Source: a candidate division WWE3 bacterium UBA1379 (GTDB lineage Bacteria; Patescibacteriota; WWE3; UBA101185; UBA10185). From it: a DNA stretch of 64,000 nucleotides. Numbering within the stretch: position 1 is the stretch's first letter; each line of letters begins with the position of its first letter. The notes beneath the pieces are model-generated. The model did no database searches, was not told where the DNA came from, and saw nothing but the letters and a program-made list of their open reading frames with translations. Below are positions 27,626 to 37,004 of this stretch, piece by piece. The position numbers and the translations under genes are program-made. The stretch lies in assembly GCA_002305475.1 (NCBI GenBank), contig DBRB01000016.1, positions 14,002 to 78,001 on the forward strand. Reading direction: 5' to 3'.

Positions 27626-28555
27626 TTATAAAGGGATTCTTTTTATTTTATTCAATATTTTAAATACCGGACTGAGGTATTTGATATGAGGTTCCGGAAA
27701 TCTTATAACCGTCCCACCAAACTTTTCCTTAAAATATGAGAAACCTCCCCAGTTTTTTGTAAACCGTGGATATCTTGGATCATCTATTCCGTCCAGATCC
27801 ATAACCTTGTATCCAAGATTTTTAAAATACAAAAATGCTTCCCACATCATCTTATGCCCGGCATCCGATTTTCTACCCTCTGAATTAGTTCCGGCGTGCA
27901 GATACCACACCGCATCATCTACTGCCAGGAAAAATTTCCCCCCCAAAAGTGTATTGTTTTGATCATAACCCATTATTAAATAACTTTTATCTTTAAAGAT
28001 ATTTCGTTTCTTTATTAAATCTTCCATACTCTGACTTGAAAAACCCTGGGTTGATGCCGTTTCTTTAGCTAGGTTATAAAAAGTTTCAAGCATTTCATCT
28101 GAGGGATTTCTGTGAAAAACGACTTTAGCATCGGAATGTCTGATTGAGTATCTCCCGCTTTTAGAGATGTTTTTCCAAAGATTTTCTTCAGGTAAAGATA
28201 AATCTATGTAGATCGTGGAGGGTGGAGCCAGAGGAGATACACCTGATATATATCCGAAATCTTCCAATATCTTGGTATCCTGACCAGCCATAGGTTCTAT
28301 TTTTATAAACACCCCTTTATTTTTAAGACTTATTTGTTCTATTTCATCCAAATCTTCTTTGGAAAGATTTTTCGGGTGCTGAACTTTAACCAGTCCGCCG
28401 ATACAGGAAGGCATAATTTCCACATTGATACCGCTTGATGTTCTGAAGGAGTTCCACTTAAGCCAGGATAAATATTCAGCCCAGTTCTCCGACTGGCGAA
28501 GATCCCTTTTAACCATAATGTTTTTTATCTTTTCATTACTCTCAATAATTTCCAT
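27626..28555 (-). CDS. FemABX-family peptidoglycan bridge aminoacyltransferase
   Basis: LRQSENW, IKIEP, IDLS..E, DLDGI, FKEKFGG; start may be 28519. Confidence 0.85.
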   Translation of the reverse strand: MEIIESNEKIKNIMVKRDLRQSENWAEYLSWLKWNSFRTSSGINVEIMPSCIGGLVKVQHPKNLSKEDLDEIEQISLKNKGVFIKIEPMAGQDTKILEDFGYISGVSPLAPPSTIYIDLSLPEENLWKNISKSGRYSIRHSDAKVVFHRNPSDEMLETFYNLAKETASTQGFSSQSMEDLIKKRNIFKDKSYLIMGYDQNNTLLGGKFFLAVDDAVWYLHAGTNSEGRKSDAGHKMMWEAFLYFKNLGYKVMDLDGIDDPRYPRFTKNWGGFSYFKEKFGGTVIRFPEPHIKYLSPVFKILNKIKRIPL

Positions 28556-29463
28556 CTTAAATTCTGGGCATAATTAAATAGCACATACATCGGTTTATTT
28601 ACCACATAATCATAAGAATCCAAATATTCAACAAACTTTCCTCCGAATTTAAGCTTGAAATTGGTAAACCCATACCAAGGATCATTCTTGTCATTCGGAT
28701 CATTTGCCGCACCCCACATATCAAATACCTTGCAGCCTTTTTCCTTACCTAACTGTATTGATTCCCAGCAAACCAGAGTACTTGCAAAAAGATTTTTATG
28801 TTTCTCGGATGAACCTCCGTACGGATAATACAGAACTCCGTCATAAGTAAAAAGCATCCAGGATGCCAGTGCTTCATCATGATAATATGCAGTTAGTATG
28901 TGGCAGATTCCTTTCGGATACAAAAGTTCCCAGATTTTTCTGTAATAACTTTTTGGATGAATATAGTATTTCTGTCTAACCGCAGTATCGGCAAACAGAG
29001 TATAGAAGATTTCAAAATCCCGTATAGTTTCCCCCCGTTTAACAACCAATCCTTTTCTTTGAGCAAGCCGGATGTTATATCGATGCTTGGTATGCATACT
29101 CATCATTAGTTCTTCATCATCTTTTGATATGTCCAAGAGAATATTTGATTTGGCAAAGGTATCCCGTGGGGACGGTATACAATGTTCGTCCATGATTTTA
29201 ACAGCATCCAAAGAACAAGGATCTTCTTTAACGATATTCGGTACGTCAAAATTTATGGCAATACATTTATTTTTTATGGCGGATTCTCTTAGCAAATCCC
29301 AGTCAATGGTACAAGGATCAACCTTTGGGCAATAACCAAAATTAAAGCCTGTATAGGGAATCTTATGCAGAGTGTACTGAACATTGCCAGCCCTTATAGC
29401 AGGTGTTCCCTGTATTGTTTTAAAATCACCCCATTCAGGTGACTGAACGATATGTATTCCCAT
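28525..29463 (-). CDS. FemABX-family (lipid II:aminoacyl transferase) protein
   Basis: QSPEWGDFK, RYNIRLAQRKG, YYPYGGS, FDMWG, FKLKFGG. Confidence 0.9.
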   Translation of the reverse strand: MGIHIVQSPEWGDFKTIQGTPAIRAGNVQYTLHKIPYTGFNFGYCPKVDPCTIDWDLLRESAIKNKCIAINFDVPNIVKEDPCSLDAVKIMDEHCIPSPRDTFAKSNILLDISKDDEELMMSMHTKHRYNIRLAQRKGLVVKRGETIRDFEIFYTLFADTAVRQKYYIHPKSYYRKIWELLYPKGICHILTAYYHDEALASWMLFTYDGVLYYPYGGSSEKHKNLFASTLVCWESIQLGKEKGCKVFDMWGAANDPNDKNDPWYGFTNFKLKFGGKFVEYLDSYDYVVNKPMYVLFNYAQNLRWKLLRVMKR

Positions 29464-29498
29464 AAAGAAAGTATATCACTAGGATATTTTCGAAATAT

Positions 29499-29680
29499 TT
29501 GACAACTTAAATCGGATAGGATAACTTCTACAAAAGGAACAACACTCGTCTTGTTTGGGACGGGGATGAAAAAAGAGGGGACTTCCGTAGCTTTGGTTCC
29601 TTTAAGCAGCGGACATCGGGAGTCCGCAGCAGCAAAGCTTGGATTTAAAAACTCTGCGGACTCTCTTCTAAATTTTTCCT
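29499..29680 (+). ncRNA. Promoter plus candidate structured leader RNA or sRNA upstream of the cyclophilin
   Basis: TTGACA-17-TAACTT; several GC-rich stems and a terminator-like hairpin at 29618-29665; no family recognised. Confidence 0.5.
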
Positions 29681-30400
29681 ATGAAAGAAACTACAAATAA
29701 AATGATCATTCTACTAATTGCAATACTAATTATCTTAGGAGTTATCTATTTTATTAATTCACAAAACAAACATAATTCCGCTGAATCACAAAGAAACTCT
29801 GTAGCAGAAACAGAAAGCAATACAATACAGGAAAAAGAACAGGTTAATCCAACACCAAATCCTACCGTACAATCAAAAAAACAATATTCAAGTGCTCCTC
29901 AAATGGCAATAGATACAAACAAAAAATATCAGGCATTACTCAAAACAAATAAAGGTGATATAAAAGTGGATCTATTTGCCAACAGTACTCCAATTACTGT
30001 TAATAACTTTGTATTTCTTGCCAATGAAGGTTTTTATAATCAAACAAAATTCCACCGCATAATAAAGGATTTTATGATTCAGGGCGGTGACCCCCAGGGT
30101 ACAGGTATGGGGGGACCCGGATATAGATTTGATGATGAACCTTTTACCGGAGAGTATGAAGCAGGAACTATTGCTATGGCTAATGCAGGACCTAATACCA
30201 ACGGAAGCCAGTTTTTTATCATGCACAAAAACTACCCATTACCTAAAAACTATGTGATTTTCGGTAAAGCTTCCGACCCACAGAGTTTAAGCGTTATCGA
30301 CACAATAGCCAACACACCAACAAGAGTTGGTCCCTCAGGCGAAAAATCACAACCGATGGAAGATATCATTCTGCAGAGCGTAACAATTATTACCGAATAG
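29681..30400 (+). CDS. Membrane-anchored cyclophilin-type peptidyl-prolyl isomerase
   Basis: FHRIIKDFMIQGGDP, AMANAGPNTNGSQFFI; N-terminal TM. Confidence 0.95.
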   Translation: MKETTNKMIILLIAILIILGVIYFINSQNKHNSAESQRNSVAETESNTIQEKEQVNPTPNPTVQSKKQYSSAPQMAIDTNKKYQALLKTNKGDIKVDLFANSTPITVNNFVFLANEGFYNQTKFHRIIKDFMIQGGDPQGTGMGGPGYRFDDEPFTGEYEAGTIAMANAGPNTNGSQFFIMHKNYPLPKNYVIFGKASDPQSLSVIDTIANTPTRVGPSGEKSQPMEDIILQSVTIITE

Positions 30401-30407
30401 ATTTAAT

Positions 30408-31154
30408 TTAGAATTTTCCGAATTCAGGTTTAATAACCTCGTTAGTAGCTTGTACACCTTTTGTATGGTAATAAAGACCTGCTTTGAATTGTTTTTTAAT
30501 AAATCCGGCCCGCCCTTCTTTATCCAGACGTCTGACGGAAAAATGAATTCCTGGTTTTCTTAATATATCAAAAGAATACCCTGCTTTATGAAGTCTTTTT
30601 GTCAGATCAAAATCCTCAGCAAAAGTAATTTTCTTATCGAATCCGCTCACACTTAAAAACGGTTCTTTACGGCAGTAAATAAATATTCCCGTAGCTCCTG
30701 GCTGAAATTTCTTCATCCCTTCAAGATAAAATACATTGTATGCGCCAAACATCAACTTATCCACCAGTTTTTTGGACATGGGAATATTCCACGCTGTTAA
30801 TGAATCTGGATTACTGCGACGCACTTTATTAGCGAGTTTTTCCATAAATTCAGGGACAGGTTTAACATCCGCATCAAAAAATACCAGGTGGTCATATTTT
30901 GCATTTTGGGCACCGATATTTCTCTGAACAGACTGGTTTCTTATTCCTGACTGCAAAACCCGTACATCAATTCTTCCTTTAAACTCTAAAACTTTATCAA
31001 TGGTGGCGTCATCTGAATTCCCATCCACCACAATCACCTCAAAATCGTTATACGTCTGCTGCGTCAATGCCTGAAGCAGGATACCGATATAATTCTCTTC
31101 ATTTAAAGTAGGAATAATAATACTAAACTGTAATTGCGATTTATTATGACTCAT
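30408..31154 (-). CDS. GT2 glycosyltransferase
   Basis: SIIIPTLNEE, VVDGNSDD, FFDAD, EDFDL. Confidence 0.9.
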   Translation of the reverse strand: MSHNKSQLQFSIIIPTLNEENYIGILLQALTQQTYNDFEVIVVDGNSDDATIDKVLEFKGRIDVRVLQSGIRNQSVQRNIGAQNAKYDHLVFFDADVKPVPEFMEKLANKVRRSNPDSLTAWNIPMSKKLVDKLMFGAYNVFYLEGMKKFQPGATGIFIYCRKEPFLSVSGFDKKITFAEDFDLTKRLHKAGYSFDILRKPGIHFSVRRLDKEGRAGFIKKQFKAGLYYHTKGVQATNEVIKPEFGKF

Positions 31155-31911
31155 ACAATATTTTATAAACCTCCAGCCATTTTGAAGCAGGAAGATCCTG
31201 TGGTCTTGCCTGTCCGTTTATATCGGCTTTCGCCAGTTCTTCCTTCGAAAATACTTTGTTTAACATCTTGCGCGGACTGGCAAATCCCCTATGCAAAAAA
31301 CCCTCATACTTTCTCATGATTTCTCTGTCTATAGTTACGTTAGCTTTTCTTTTGAGTTTAATTATACCGCCATCCACGTCAGGCTGTGGATCAAATTTCT
31401 TTCTGTCCACTTTTCCCATGTATATAACATCAAAAAATGTCTGAACAATTACCGATAAGTAGGAGCTGTCCGGTGCGGTGGCAGCTATCTTTTCTGCTAC
31501 TTCTTTTTGGACCATAAACACACAAACCTCCGGATGTTTTTCCATTTTAACAACGGCATGCAGTATTGGGGATGTGATATAAAAGGGCAGGGATCCGATA
31601 ATTTTAAACGGCTTTTCGGTTTTAAATCCAGGTAACCAGTCCAAAATATTCGCTTCAATAATTTCTACGTTAAAATTTCCAATACAGAGATTTTTCAGAT
31701 TTTCTATCACCCGTTTATCCAGTTCAACTGCATACACTTGATAAGTAGCTGCGTCATACTTTTTAACCAGAAGACTGGTTAAAGAACCAAGACCGGGACC
31801 GATCTCTACCACAGTATCCGTTGAAACAAGCTCTAATGCGTCTGTCATCTTTTGAGCAACAGACTGGTCAGTTAAAAAATTCTGGCCGAGTGATTTCAGC
31901 GCTTTGATCAT
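31144..31911 (-). CDS. rsmA: 16S rRNA m6,2A dimethyltransferase RsmA/KsgA
   Basis: KSLGQNFL, EIGPGLG, SLPFYITS, MVQKEVA. Confidence 0.95.
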   Translation of the reverse strand: MIKALKSLGQNFLTDQSVAQKMTDALELVSTDTVVEIGPGLGSLTSLLVKKYDAATYQVYAVELDKRVIENLKNLCIGNFNVEIIEANILDWLPGFKTEKPFKIIGSLPFYITSPILHAVVKMEKHPEVCVFMVQKEVAEKIAATAPDSSYLSVIVQTFFDVIYMGKVDRKKFDPQPDVDGGIIKLKRKANVTIDREIMRKYEGFLHRGFASPRKMLNKVFSKEELAKADINGQARPQDLPASKWLEVYKILYES

Positions 31912-31949
31912 TTATATTATTATATCTTTTTTGATAATATACTGCAGAA

Positions 31950-32438
31950 ATGAATAATATATACATAGCCCTGGAAAATTTAAGAAGCCTATACAACATC
32001 GGAGCAATCTTTAGAACATGCAGTTTTTATGGAATAAAAAATGTCCTTCTTATCGGATACTCTGGAAGAAATTTCAATACAAAGAGTCAACCAATATTAC
32101 ATGAGGACATCAGCAAAAGTTCTCTGGGAACAGAGAAGGATCTGAATATACAATTCCTAGATGACAGTAAAGAACTAATTAAATTTGCCAAAGACAAAAA
32201 ACTAAAAATCACGGCAATAGAACAACATGAAAAATCCATAAATTTAACAGAATGGATACCTCAGGAAAATGAAATTATTGTTTTTGGAAATGAGAGAGAG
32301 GGGATCAGTAGTGAACTTTTAAAGTGCGTTGATCAGATAGTAGAAATAGAAAAATACGGTATTCACAACTCATTAAATGTCACTACATCTTGTGGGATTG
32401 TACTTTATGAATTAACAAATGAATTAATAAAGAATTAG
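31950..32438 (+). CDS. SpoU/TrmH-family RNA methyltransferase
   Basis: NIGAIFRT, FGNEREGI, SLNV. Confidence 0.9.
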   Translation: MNNIYIALENLRSLYNIGAIFRTCSFYGIKNVLLIGYSGRNFNTKSQPILHEDISKSSLGTEKDLNIQFLDDSKELIKFAKDKKLKITAIEQHEKSINLTEWIPQENEIIVFGNEREGISSELLKCVDQIVEIEKYGIHNSLNVTTSCGIVLYELTNELIKN

Positions 32439-33157
32439 TGAGGTTCATTAGTGAGTAGATATACGTCCACCCATCCTGTTCTCCAGGAACCTTTGGATAC
32501 ATCCTCATATCCTAAATCAATCATATTTCCCTTAATTCCTCCTCCGATGTCTTCCGCTCTACAGATTCCATATCCCGGTACATAGAAATTTGTTCCTAGG
32601 GCAATTGTTTTAGGATCTGTAGCACAGGTACCTTTCTTAACAGGAGTACCGCTGTAAGTTCTTCCGGTACAACCTAAACAATTCCCATCATATTTTGTTG
32701 CCCATACTTTAATCTTATGCCAGTACTTCACTCTGCCGTATTCCGTTCCTTCCAGTGTTCTCCAGACAATTTTGGTTCCCTTGGCAATAATTTCTTCAAT
32801 AGGATCAACAATTTCAGTAGATAGTAATTTCTTATCAATTACCTCATCCTCCCAGACTGTTAGAAGATATTTATAATACTTAGTACCGTTTTTCCCTTCC
32901 TGGACTGTTTCTTCCAACCCGTACTCCATATCATCATCTTCTTCATATTTTGTTTCAAAGGGGATTATTTCCTCTTCAGTGGTTTCTTTTTGTTCAAAGG
33001 CGGTGGTAGTTGTGATAACGGGAGAGAATTCTGAAATACCGGAAGCATCGGCAGCTAATGCATTATGGGATACACCCAACACATCCATCGGCATCTCAAC
33101 AAAGAGTTTTACTAAGGCAGCAGATAATAGCAATAAAAATACAGTAAGTTTTACCAC
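32435..33157 (-). CDS. G5- and 3D-domain cell-wall protein
   Basis: IPFET..QEGKNG..IAKGTK (G5); ATDP..ALG..AEDIGGGIKG..IDL (3D). Confidence 0.88.
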   Translation of the reverse strand: MVKLTVFLLLLSAALVKLFVEMPMDVLGVSHNALAADASGISEFSPVITTTTAFEQKETTEEEIIPFETKYEEDDDMEYGLEETVQEGKNGTKYYKYLLTVWEDEVIDKKLLSTEIVDPIEEIIAKGTKIVWRTLEGTEYGRVKYWHKIKVWATKYDGNCLGCTGRTYSGTPVKKGTCATDPKTIALGTNFYVPGYGICRAEDIGGGIKGNMIDLGYEDVSKGSWRTGWVDVYLLTNEPH

Positions 33158-33174
33158 AGATATATTATACTGAT

Positions 33175-34044
33175 TTATCTGTACTGTTGGTTGGATGATT
33201 CTTTCATTCGAGTATCCAAATATTCAGAGTTCGTATCCCATTTGAGAGTATCTTTTAAGTTTGATGTATCGCCCCGACTTTTAACATAATAGAATATGAG
33301 AATATTTTCCAAACAAGAATCTCTGATACATCCTTCAGATTGAATGTTCTTATGACTTATCTTTAGGCAGAAAAGCCCTCGAAAATCTTTCCTGTTCATC
33401 TTCCGGAAAACCCGAAGCCCTAATAGCGTCACAGAATAGTTGGACACGTATCTGGCCATCCTCAGGTCGATAATAGTCTAACTTTTCCTCTGCATCTATT
33501 CTCTCATTCATTCGTCCTACATTGTAAGCATGTTGTAGTTCTTGCATTTCTCTTAAAGAGCGGGGCTCATGTAAAATTCTTGTTTCTGTTAAAAATTTTT
33601 CATAGGCATGCTCATCTACGACTTTTTCATATCGTAAAAATCGTTGCCCATACTCCCTTAATATATAGTGTTTAAGTATAGGAGATAATGATTCATTTGC
33701 AACCATATCTAAATATTCTTTTTCTAAGTCATATTGAATGGGAGTATTACGAAGTAAATCAGCTAAAAACTGCACTCGTAAATAAGCCTGTGGAAAACCT
33801 TCTTCATTAGCATCAACAATAAGAGTTTGAAGAGATCTATGTAAACGATAATATTCGGATTCAGCACCCCTACGATACTTCCTGGCAAAATTTGAAACAA
33901 GGTCTTTTGATTCATAACCGACAAAAGATCCTCAACAGATGAAGTAGGATCAGTTAATTTTTTTATTTGTAAATCAGTACTTTCATCGCGAACATTTTGC
34001 TCAACAGAAGACCTTTCATAAGAATTTGGGAAACCTTTATTCAT
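33175..34044 (-). pseudogene. Frameshifted AT-rich orphan gene (fragments 33763-34044, 33350-33775, possibly 33175-33459)
   Basis: The 33350-33775 frame stays open upstream to about 33932; adding one T to the T4 run at 33923-33926 joins it to the 34044 start. Confidence 0.5.
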
Positions 34045-34113
34045 GTAATAAAAATAACATAATATTAAAGTACTTTACAATACAAAATGAATTTAAATAC
34101 TATAAACGAAAAT

Positions 34114-34143
34114 AAAAACCCTGCATAAATTTCATGCAGGGTT
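34114..34143 (-). terminator. Terminator overlapping the stop of 34132-34506
   Basis: AACCCTGCAT..ATGCAGGGTT stem with a T run on -. Confidence 0.7.
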
Positions 34144-34506
34144 AACGGATTGCCATCCAGTAAGCCAAGAACGAGTCATATCATGTTGAATACTAATTGT
34201 TACTATATATTCTACATATTCACTCTCCTCACTTTTTGCAATCAATACATTGATAAACTTTGCTTTTACTTGCTGAGTACGATTAAACTCAGCTAATACG
34301 CTTGCAATAGCTTCCTCAAGATACCTTTCATTCGTAGCAGTCGGGCGTTTTATTTGAGTCAATATATAATCAGGTATGCCAAAACTGACGTGATAAGACT
34401 TCTTTCCAATATCAAGATCTTTCCCATAATAAATCACATAGGTAAACGATTTTAATAGTAGGTCCCAGAATGCTTTCTCCCAGGGGTCTAACCTCTGAGC
34501 AGCCAT
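34132..34506 (-). CDS. Hypothetical protein
   Basis: SD AAAGGAG, own terminator. Confidence 0.6.
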   Translation of the reverse strand: MAAQRLDPWEKAFWDLLLKSFTYVIYYGKDLDIGKKSYHVSFGIPDYILTQIKRPTATNERYLEEAIASVLAEFNRTQQVKAKFINVLIAKSEESEYVEYIVTISIQHDMTRSWLTGWQSVNPA

Positions 34507-34541
34507 GATGTATCTCCTTTCAACAGTAACGACTCTTAATG

Positions 34542-36482
34542 TTAATCCCAGCTAAAATTCTTCCTATCGTACTCCAAATTGTCCAAAAAATCATCCGTGC
34601 TTTTTTTTGAACGCCCAAATGTATTCTCCCGATCATTAACACCCATATATCCTTTGTTTTCTAAGAGATTCTCCGGTATTTCACTTAAGAATCTGCTGGG
34701 CATATTGGATTGAATACTTCCGAAATACAAACGGGATCTGGCCTGAGTGAGATACACCTGTGTCATGGCTCTGGTAATTGCTACATAACACAACCTTCGT
34801 TCTTCCTCTAATTGTTCCAATTCCATCAGTGATTGCATATGAGGAAATAGACCTTCTTCCATTCCGACAATAAATACAATTGGAAATTCCAATCCTTTTG
34901 ATGCATGAATAGTCATTAAAGTTACGACATTTAGATCCGTGGTATTTGGTTTATCCGAGCTTTCTATTAATGCAACATTTTCCAGAAATTCTTCAAGGTT
35001 TAAAAACTGTGTGGCAACTGATCTTAATTCTTGGATGTTTTCAATTCTGATCTTGTTTTCTTCAGTCCCGTCATTTAACCAGCGGATATACCCGGTTGTT
35101 TCCAATACTTCATCCAATAGTTCAATTGTCGCCAAAGATTCTTTTTTTTCTATCCATTTTGAGATTGGAAGTTTTGTCTTTTCTTCAATTTCGATTAGAT
35201 TCCAGTCATGTTCTTTAATAGTTTCCACACCCTTTTTTCCAATCCCTCTGGGAGGAACATTAATAATTCTTTCCCAGCTGACACTGTCTTTGGGATTATG
35301 AATCACTCTTAAATATGCAATAACATCCTTGATTTCTTTACGGGCATAAAATCTCTGACCTCCCACAATTTTATAGGGAATATTATTTCTGATTAAAGTT
35401 TCTTCAATGTTTCGGGACTGGGCATTAGTCCTGTATAAAACCGCCATATCTTTATACTCATAACCGTTTTCAATCTGGTTGATTATTTCATCTGCCACAA
35501 ATTGAGCTTCCTCTTTTTCTGAAGCTGCCCTGAAATTCAGTATCTTATTACCCATTCCGTTTTCCGTCCATAAATCTAAGGGGATGTGAGAGCTGTTATT
35601 TTTAATCACATGCTTAGCCGCATCCAGAATAGTCTGGGTTGATCTGTAATTCTGCTCAAGATTATAAACTGCAGCGCCGGGATAATCTTTCTGAAAGTTA
35701 AGAATATTTCTGTAATCAGCACCTCTGAATGAATAAATTGCCTGGGACATATCTCCCACCACAAACAGATTGTTGTATGCCTGAGCTAGAAGTTTAGTCA
35801 GAACATACTGCGCTTTATTTGTATCCTGATATTCATCGACTAAAAGATAACGAAGACGATCCTGATACTTTCCCAACACTTTAGAGTTTTCCAGAAAGAC
35901 TTTAACCGTCTCCACCAAAAGATCATCAAAATCCAACGCTTCATTTTTTCTTAATCTCTTCTGATACTCAGGGTAGATTTTTGCAACAGTTCTTTGAAAA
36001 TATCCATGGGCATATTTTTCATAATCGGAAGGAGAAATAAGCTCTGACTTGGCACTGGAAATGGTTGCTGAAACTGCATGAGGATTGATTTTTTTAGGAT
36101 CAATTCCAAAATCCTTACTTATTTCCTTAATGATAGATAATTGATCATCAGTATCATAAATTACATAGGAAGGAGGTATACCTGTATGATAACCGTCTTT
36201 TCTAAGAATTCGGGAACAGATAGAGTGAAATGTTCCCGCCCATGAGAGATTTAACTTTACTCTGCTTTTAATTTCACCCGCCGCCTTATTGGTAAAAGTT
36301 ACACAAAGAATACTGGTTTCGTCCGCCAAACCTTCATTAATTAAATATCCAACCCGATGAGTCAATACTCTGGTTTTACCACTTCCGGGACCCGCTACCA
36401 CAAGAGCAGGACCATCAGTATGCATAACTGCTTTTGTCTGAGCAGGATTTAAACCGGCAAAAAATTGTTCTGTCACAGGCAT
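34542..36482 (-). CDS. pcrA: ATP-dependent DNA helicase PcrA/UvrD
   Basis: AGPGSGKT, VDEYQDTN, QNYRST, LYRTNAQSR, HASKGLEF, EEERRLCYV. Confidence 0.95.
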   Translation of the reverse strand: MPVTEQFFAGLNPAQTKAVMHTDGPALVVAGPGSGKTRVLTHRVGYLINEGLADETSILCVTFTNKAAGEIKSRVKLNLSWAGTFHSICSRILRKDGYHTGIPPSYVIYDTDDQLSIIKEISKDFGIDPKKINPHAVSATISSAKSELISPSDYEKYAHGYFQRTVAKIYPEYQKRLRKNEALDFDDLLVETVKVFLENSKVLGKYQDRLRYLLVDEYQDTNKAQYVLTKLLAQAYNNLFVVGDMSQAIYSFRGADYRNILNFQKDYPGAAVYNLEQNYRSTQTILDAAKHVIKNNSSHIPLDLWTENGMGNKILNFRAASEKEEAQFVADEIINQIENGYEYKDMAVLYRTNAQSRNIEETLIRNNIPYKIVGGQRFYARKEIKDVIAYLRVIHNPKDSVSWERIINVPPRGIGKKGVETIKEHDWNLIEIEEKTKLPISKWIEKKESLATIELLDEVLETTGYIRWLNDGTEENKIRIENIQELRSVATQFLNLEEFLENVALIESSDKPNTTDLNVVTLMTIHASKGLEFPIVFIVGMEEGLFPHMQSLMELEQLEEERRLCYVAITRAMTQVYLTQARSRLYFGSIQSNMPSRFLSEIPENLLENKGYMGVNDRENTFGRSKKSTDDFLDNLEYDRKNFSWD

Positions 36483-36525
36483 GAGGGTATGATATCACGA
36501 ACTTAGAAACACAAATTTATAATAC

Positions 36526-36560
36526 AAAAAGCCCTAAGATTGTGTACCTTAAGGCTTTTT
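36526..36560. terminator. Intrinsic terminator
   Basis: AAAAAGCC-CTAAG...CTTAA-GGCTTTTT. Confidence 0.65.
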
Positions 36561-36569
36561 CCTGGTTAG

Positions 36570-36935
36570 TTATACTGCCCGAATAACGCAATATGCACAG
36601 ATTCTTTTCGATCCATCCAATAATTTTATTTCCTTAAAATAAACGATTTTCCTCAGTGTGAAACAGGAAGCAACCACAACGCCTAACGTAGGATCCCATT
36701 GATCCATTTTATTAAACATAAAAAGCTCTTGCGCGGTTTCTTTATGTTTCCCGACTATTGCTTTTTCATTGGCACTATATACATCAAGATATGCATCGTA
36801 AAAGATAAGCTCGTTTCTTTCTGATGTCATCAATTCTATTTCAGTAAGTTGCACTACAGTACCCAACGGTAAAATTCCCCAGCCGAAGAATTTAGTAAGC
36901 ATACCTTTAAACCAAGAAAGAATGTGGGCAAACAT
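36570..36935 (-). CDS. Hypothetical protein
   Basis: SD AAGGAG, TATAAT upstream, terminator downstream. Confidence 0.6.
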   Translation of the reverse strand: MFAHILSWFKGMLTKFFGWGILPLGTVVQLTEIELMTSERNELIFYDAYLDVYSANEKAIVGKHKETAQELFMFNKMDQWDPTLGVVVASCFTLRKIVYFKEIKLLDGSKRICAYCVIRAV

Positions 36936-37004
36936 CTTGATATACTCCTTTCTTTAGGGGATGGAATAGTTGCATTATACAACAAGTATTATAGTTTTTG
37001 TTTG

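Noticed and set aside
29530-29670. Assignment of the leader to SRP RNA, 6S RNA, T-box or a known riboswitch
   Set aside because: AGCAG resembles SRP, but the CAGG-GNRA helix and other family consensus motifs were not found by eye; left as unassigned
3668-36560. Hairpins after orphan genes considered as integron attC sites
   Set aside because: No consistent RYYYAAC/GTTRRRY ends, no tandem array and no integrase; they fit terminators better
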